Source of the DNA: Paraspadella gotoi
Taxonomy: Eukaryota; Animalia; Chaetognatha
Length of the DNA: 49,774 nt
Reading direction: 5' to 3'
Assembly (NCBI GenBank): GCA_051294375.1
Contig: JBJCIZ010000346.1
Coordinates: 1 to 49,774, forward strand
The notes below the pieces were generated by a model that was not told where the DNA came from, searched no databases, and saw nothing but the letters and a program-made list of their open reading frames with translations. Numbering within the stretch: position 1 is the stretch's first letter; the number at the start of each line of letters is the position of its first letter. A program made the translations under genes and the position numbers. Shown piece by piece: positions 49,074 through 49,774 of this stretch.

Positions 49074-49086
49074 AAAGGTGGGCAGG
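49074..49086 (+). promoter_or_regulatory. Polypurine tract AAAGGTGGGCAGG
   Basis: Purine-rich run directly before the LTR start and absent before the 13680 LTR. Confidence 0.7.
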
Positions 49087-49087
49087 T

Positions 49088-49517
49088 TGGTAACACAATA
49101 GGCCGCTAACATGAGTTGGTACCGAGCGAGAAGCAGCATGGAACCGCATTGAGTCAATTGCTTCCCTAACACATAACCCTTTCTTTGCACTCTTTACCAT
49201 TCTCGGTGGTTCCAGCTCATTCTCCGATGGATAGACGAATCGTTAAACATCGGAAATAATAATTTTTCTCACTATTTTCACAAAAATGTAAATGTATTTA
49301 ATTAAATATTTATTATTTCATAATGTATTATAACTTAAGAATTAATTAATAAAATTAAATTCCTTTCTATCCATTCTATGGGGGTTGAACAAATTGCCAT
49401 TGTTCTTTATTTTGAATTCCGCCGAAATGTACTCGTGCTTTCTAAAGATATACCTTTTGTAGTTCTACCATTTAGTGAATTATATTTAAGCGGTATTAAT
49501 AGTATAGATTAGTTACA
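49088..49517 (+). repeat. 3' LTR of copy E
   Basis: Homologous to 13680-14079 (e.g. ggttccagctcattctccgatgga, gaattccgccgaaa, gtattaatagtatagattagttaca); preceded by the PPT. Confidence 0.8.
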
Positions 49518-49684
49518 TTTTATAATTCCTTCTATTTTAACGTCTTTAAACGTATCTTTTTAACTTTTACTGCTTTTACTTATACTTTTAATTATTTTTC
49601 GGGGTTTNNNNNNNNNNNNNNNNNNNNNNNNNTTTTAACTTATTTTTTAACTCATATCTTTTTATACCAGTTTATCAAATTTTT

Positions 49685-49760
49685 CAAGTTGACCAAATTA
49701 TGCCCGTTGAACAAATCATGCCAGTTGACCAAATTATGTCAGTTGACCAAATTATGCATG
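49685..49760 (+). repeat. Minisatellite, ~17-18-bp unit GTTGACCAAATTATGCCA (4 copies)
   Basis: gttgaccaaattatgccc gttgaacaaatcatgcca gttgaccaaattatgtca gttgaccaaattatgca. Confidence 0.85.
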
Positions 49761-49774
49761 TCTACAGTTTGATC

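Larger units (their letters stand above)
35693..49517 (+). mobile_element. BEL/Pao copy E: mid-gag through pol, accessory cassette, PPT and 3' LTR (most complete 3' end)
   Basis: Continuous domain order gag-PR-RT-RH-IN, then the accessory region and an LTR matching 13680-14079; internal duplications at 36831-37511/38139-38830 and 44840-46470/46488-48200. Confidence 0.9.

Noticed and set aside
13675-49522. The two LTRs as ends of one giant element
   Set aside because: Flanks GAAGC and TTTTA give no target-site duplication, and several separate pol copies lie between them.

Overview
AT-rich eukaryotic (very probably animal) draft-assembly window made up mostly of about five partial, indel-riddled copies of one BEL/Pao (Belpaoviridae-type) LTR retrotransposon: A 1-2434 (+), B 2460-10090 (-), C 13680-23108 (+), D ~24850-35012 (+, interrupted) and E 35693-49517 (+). 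The copies show gag with three Cys/His knuckles, DSG protease, YMDD reverse transcriptase, RNase H, DDE integrase, a ~400-bp TGTAAC...GTTACA LTR and a PPT. The unusual part is a ~4.5-kb cassette between integrase and the 3' LTR. It carries no recognisable env but holds (i) a sense, intron-containing ~440-aa ORF with a coiled coil and Pro-rich tail and (ii) an antisense unit with many short GT-AG introns; one copy lacks a 64-nt GT-AG segment exactly. Other material: a gag-like insert (28023-31096), a possible LINE fragment inside an inverted repeat, and a minisatellite family. Most frameshifts and several duplications/inversions look like long-read or gap-filling artefacts, so copy number and pseudogene status cannot be taken at face value. 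Coordinates were read by eye and are approximate in noisy regions.
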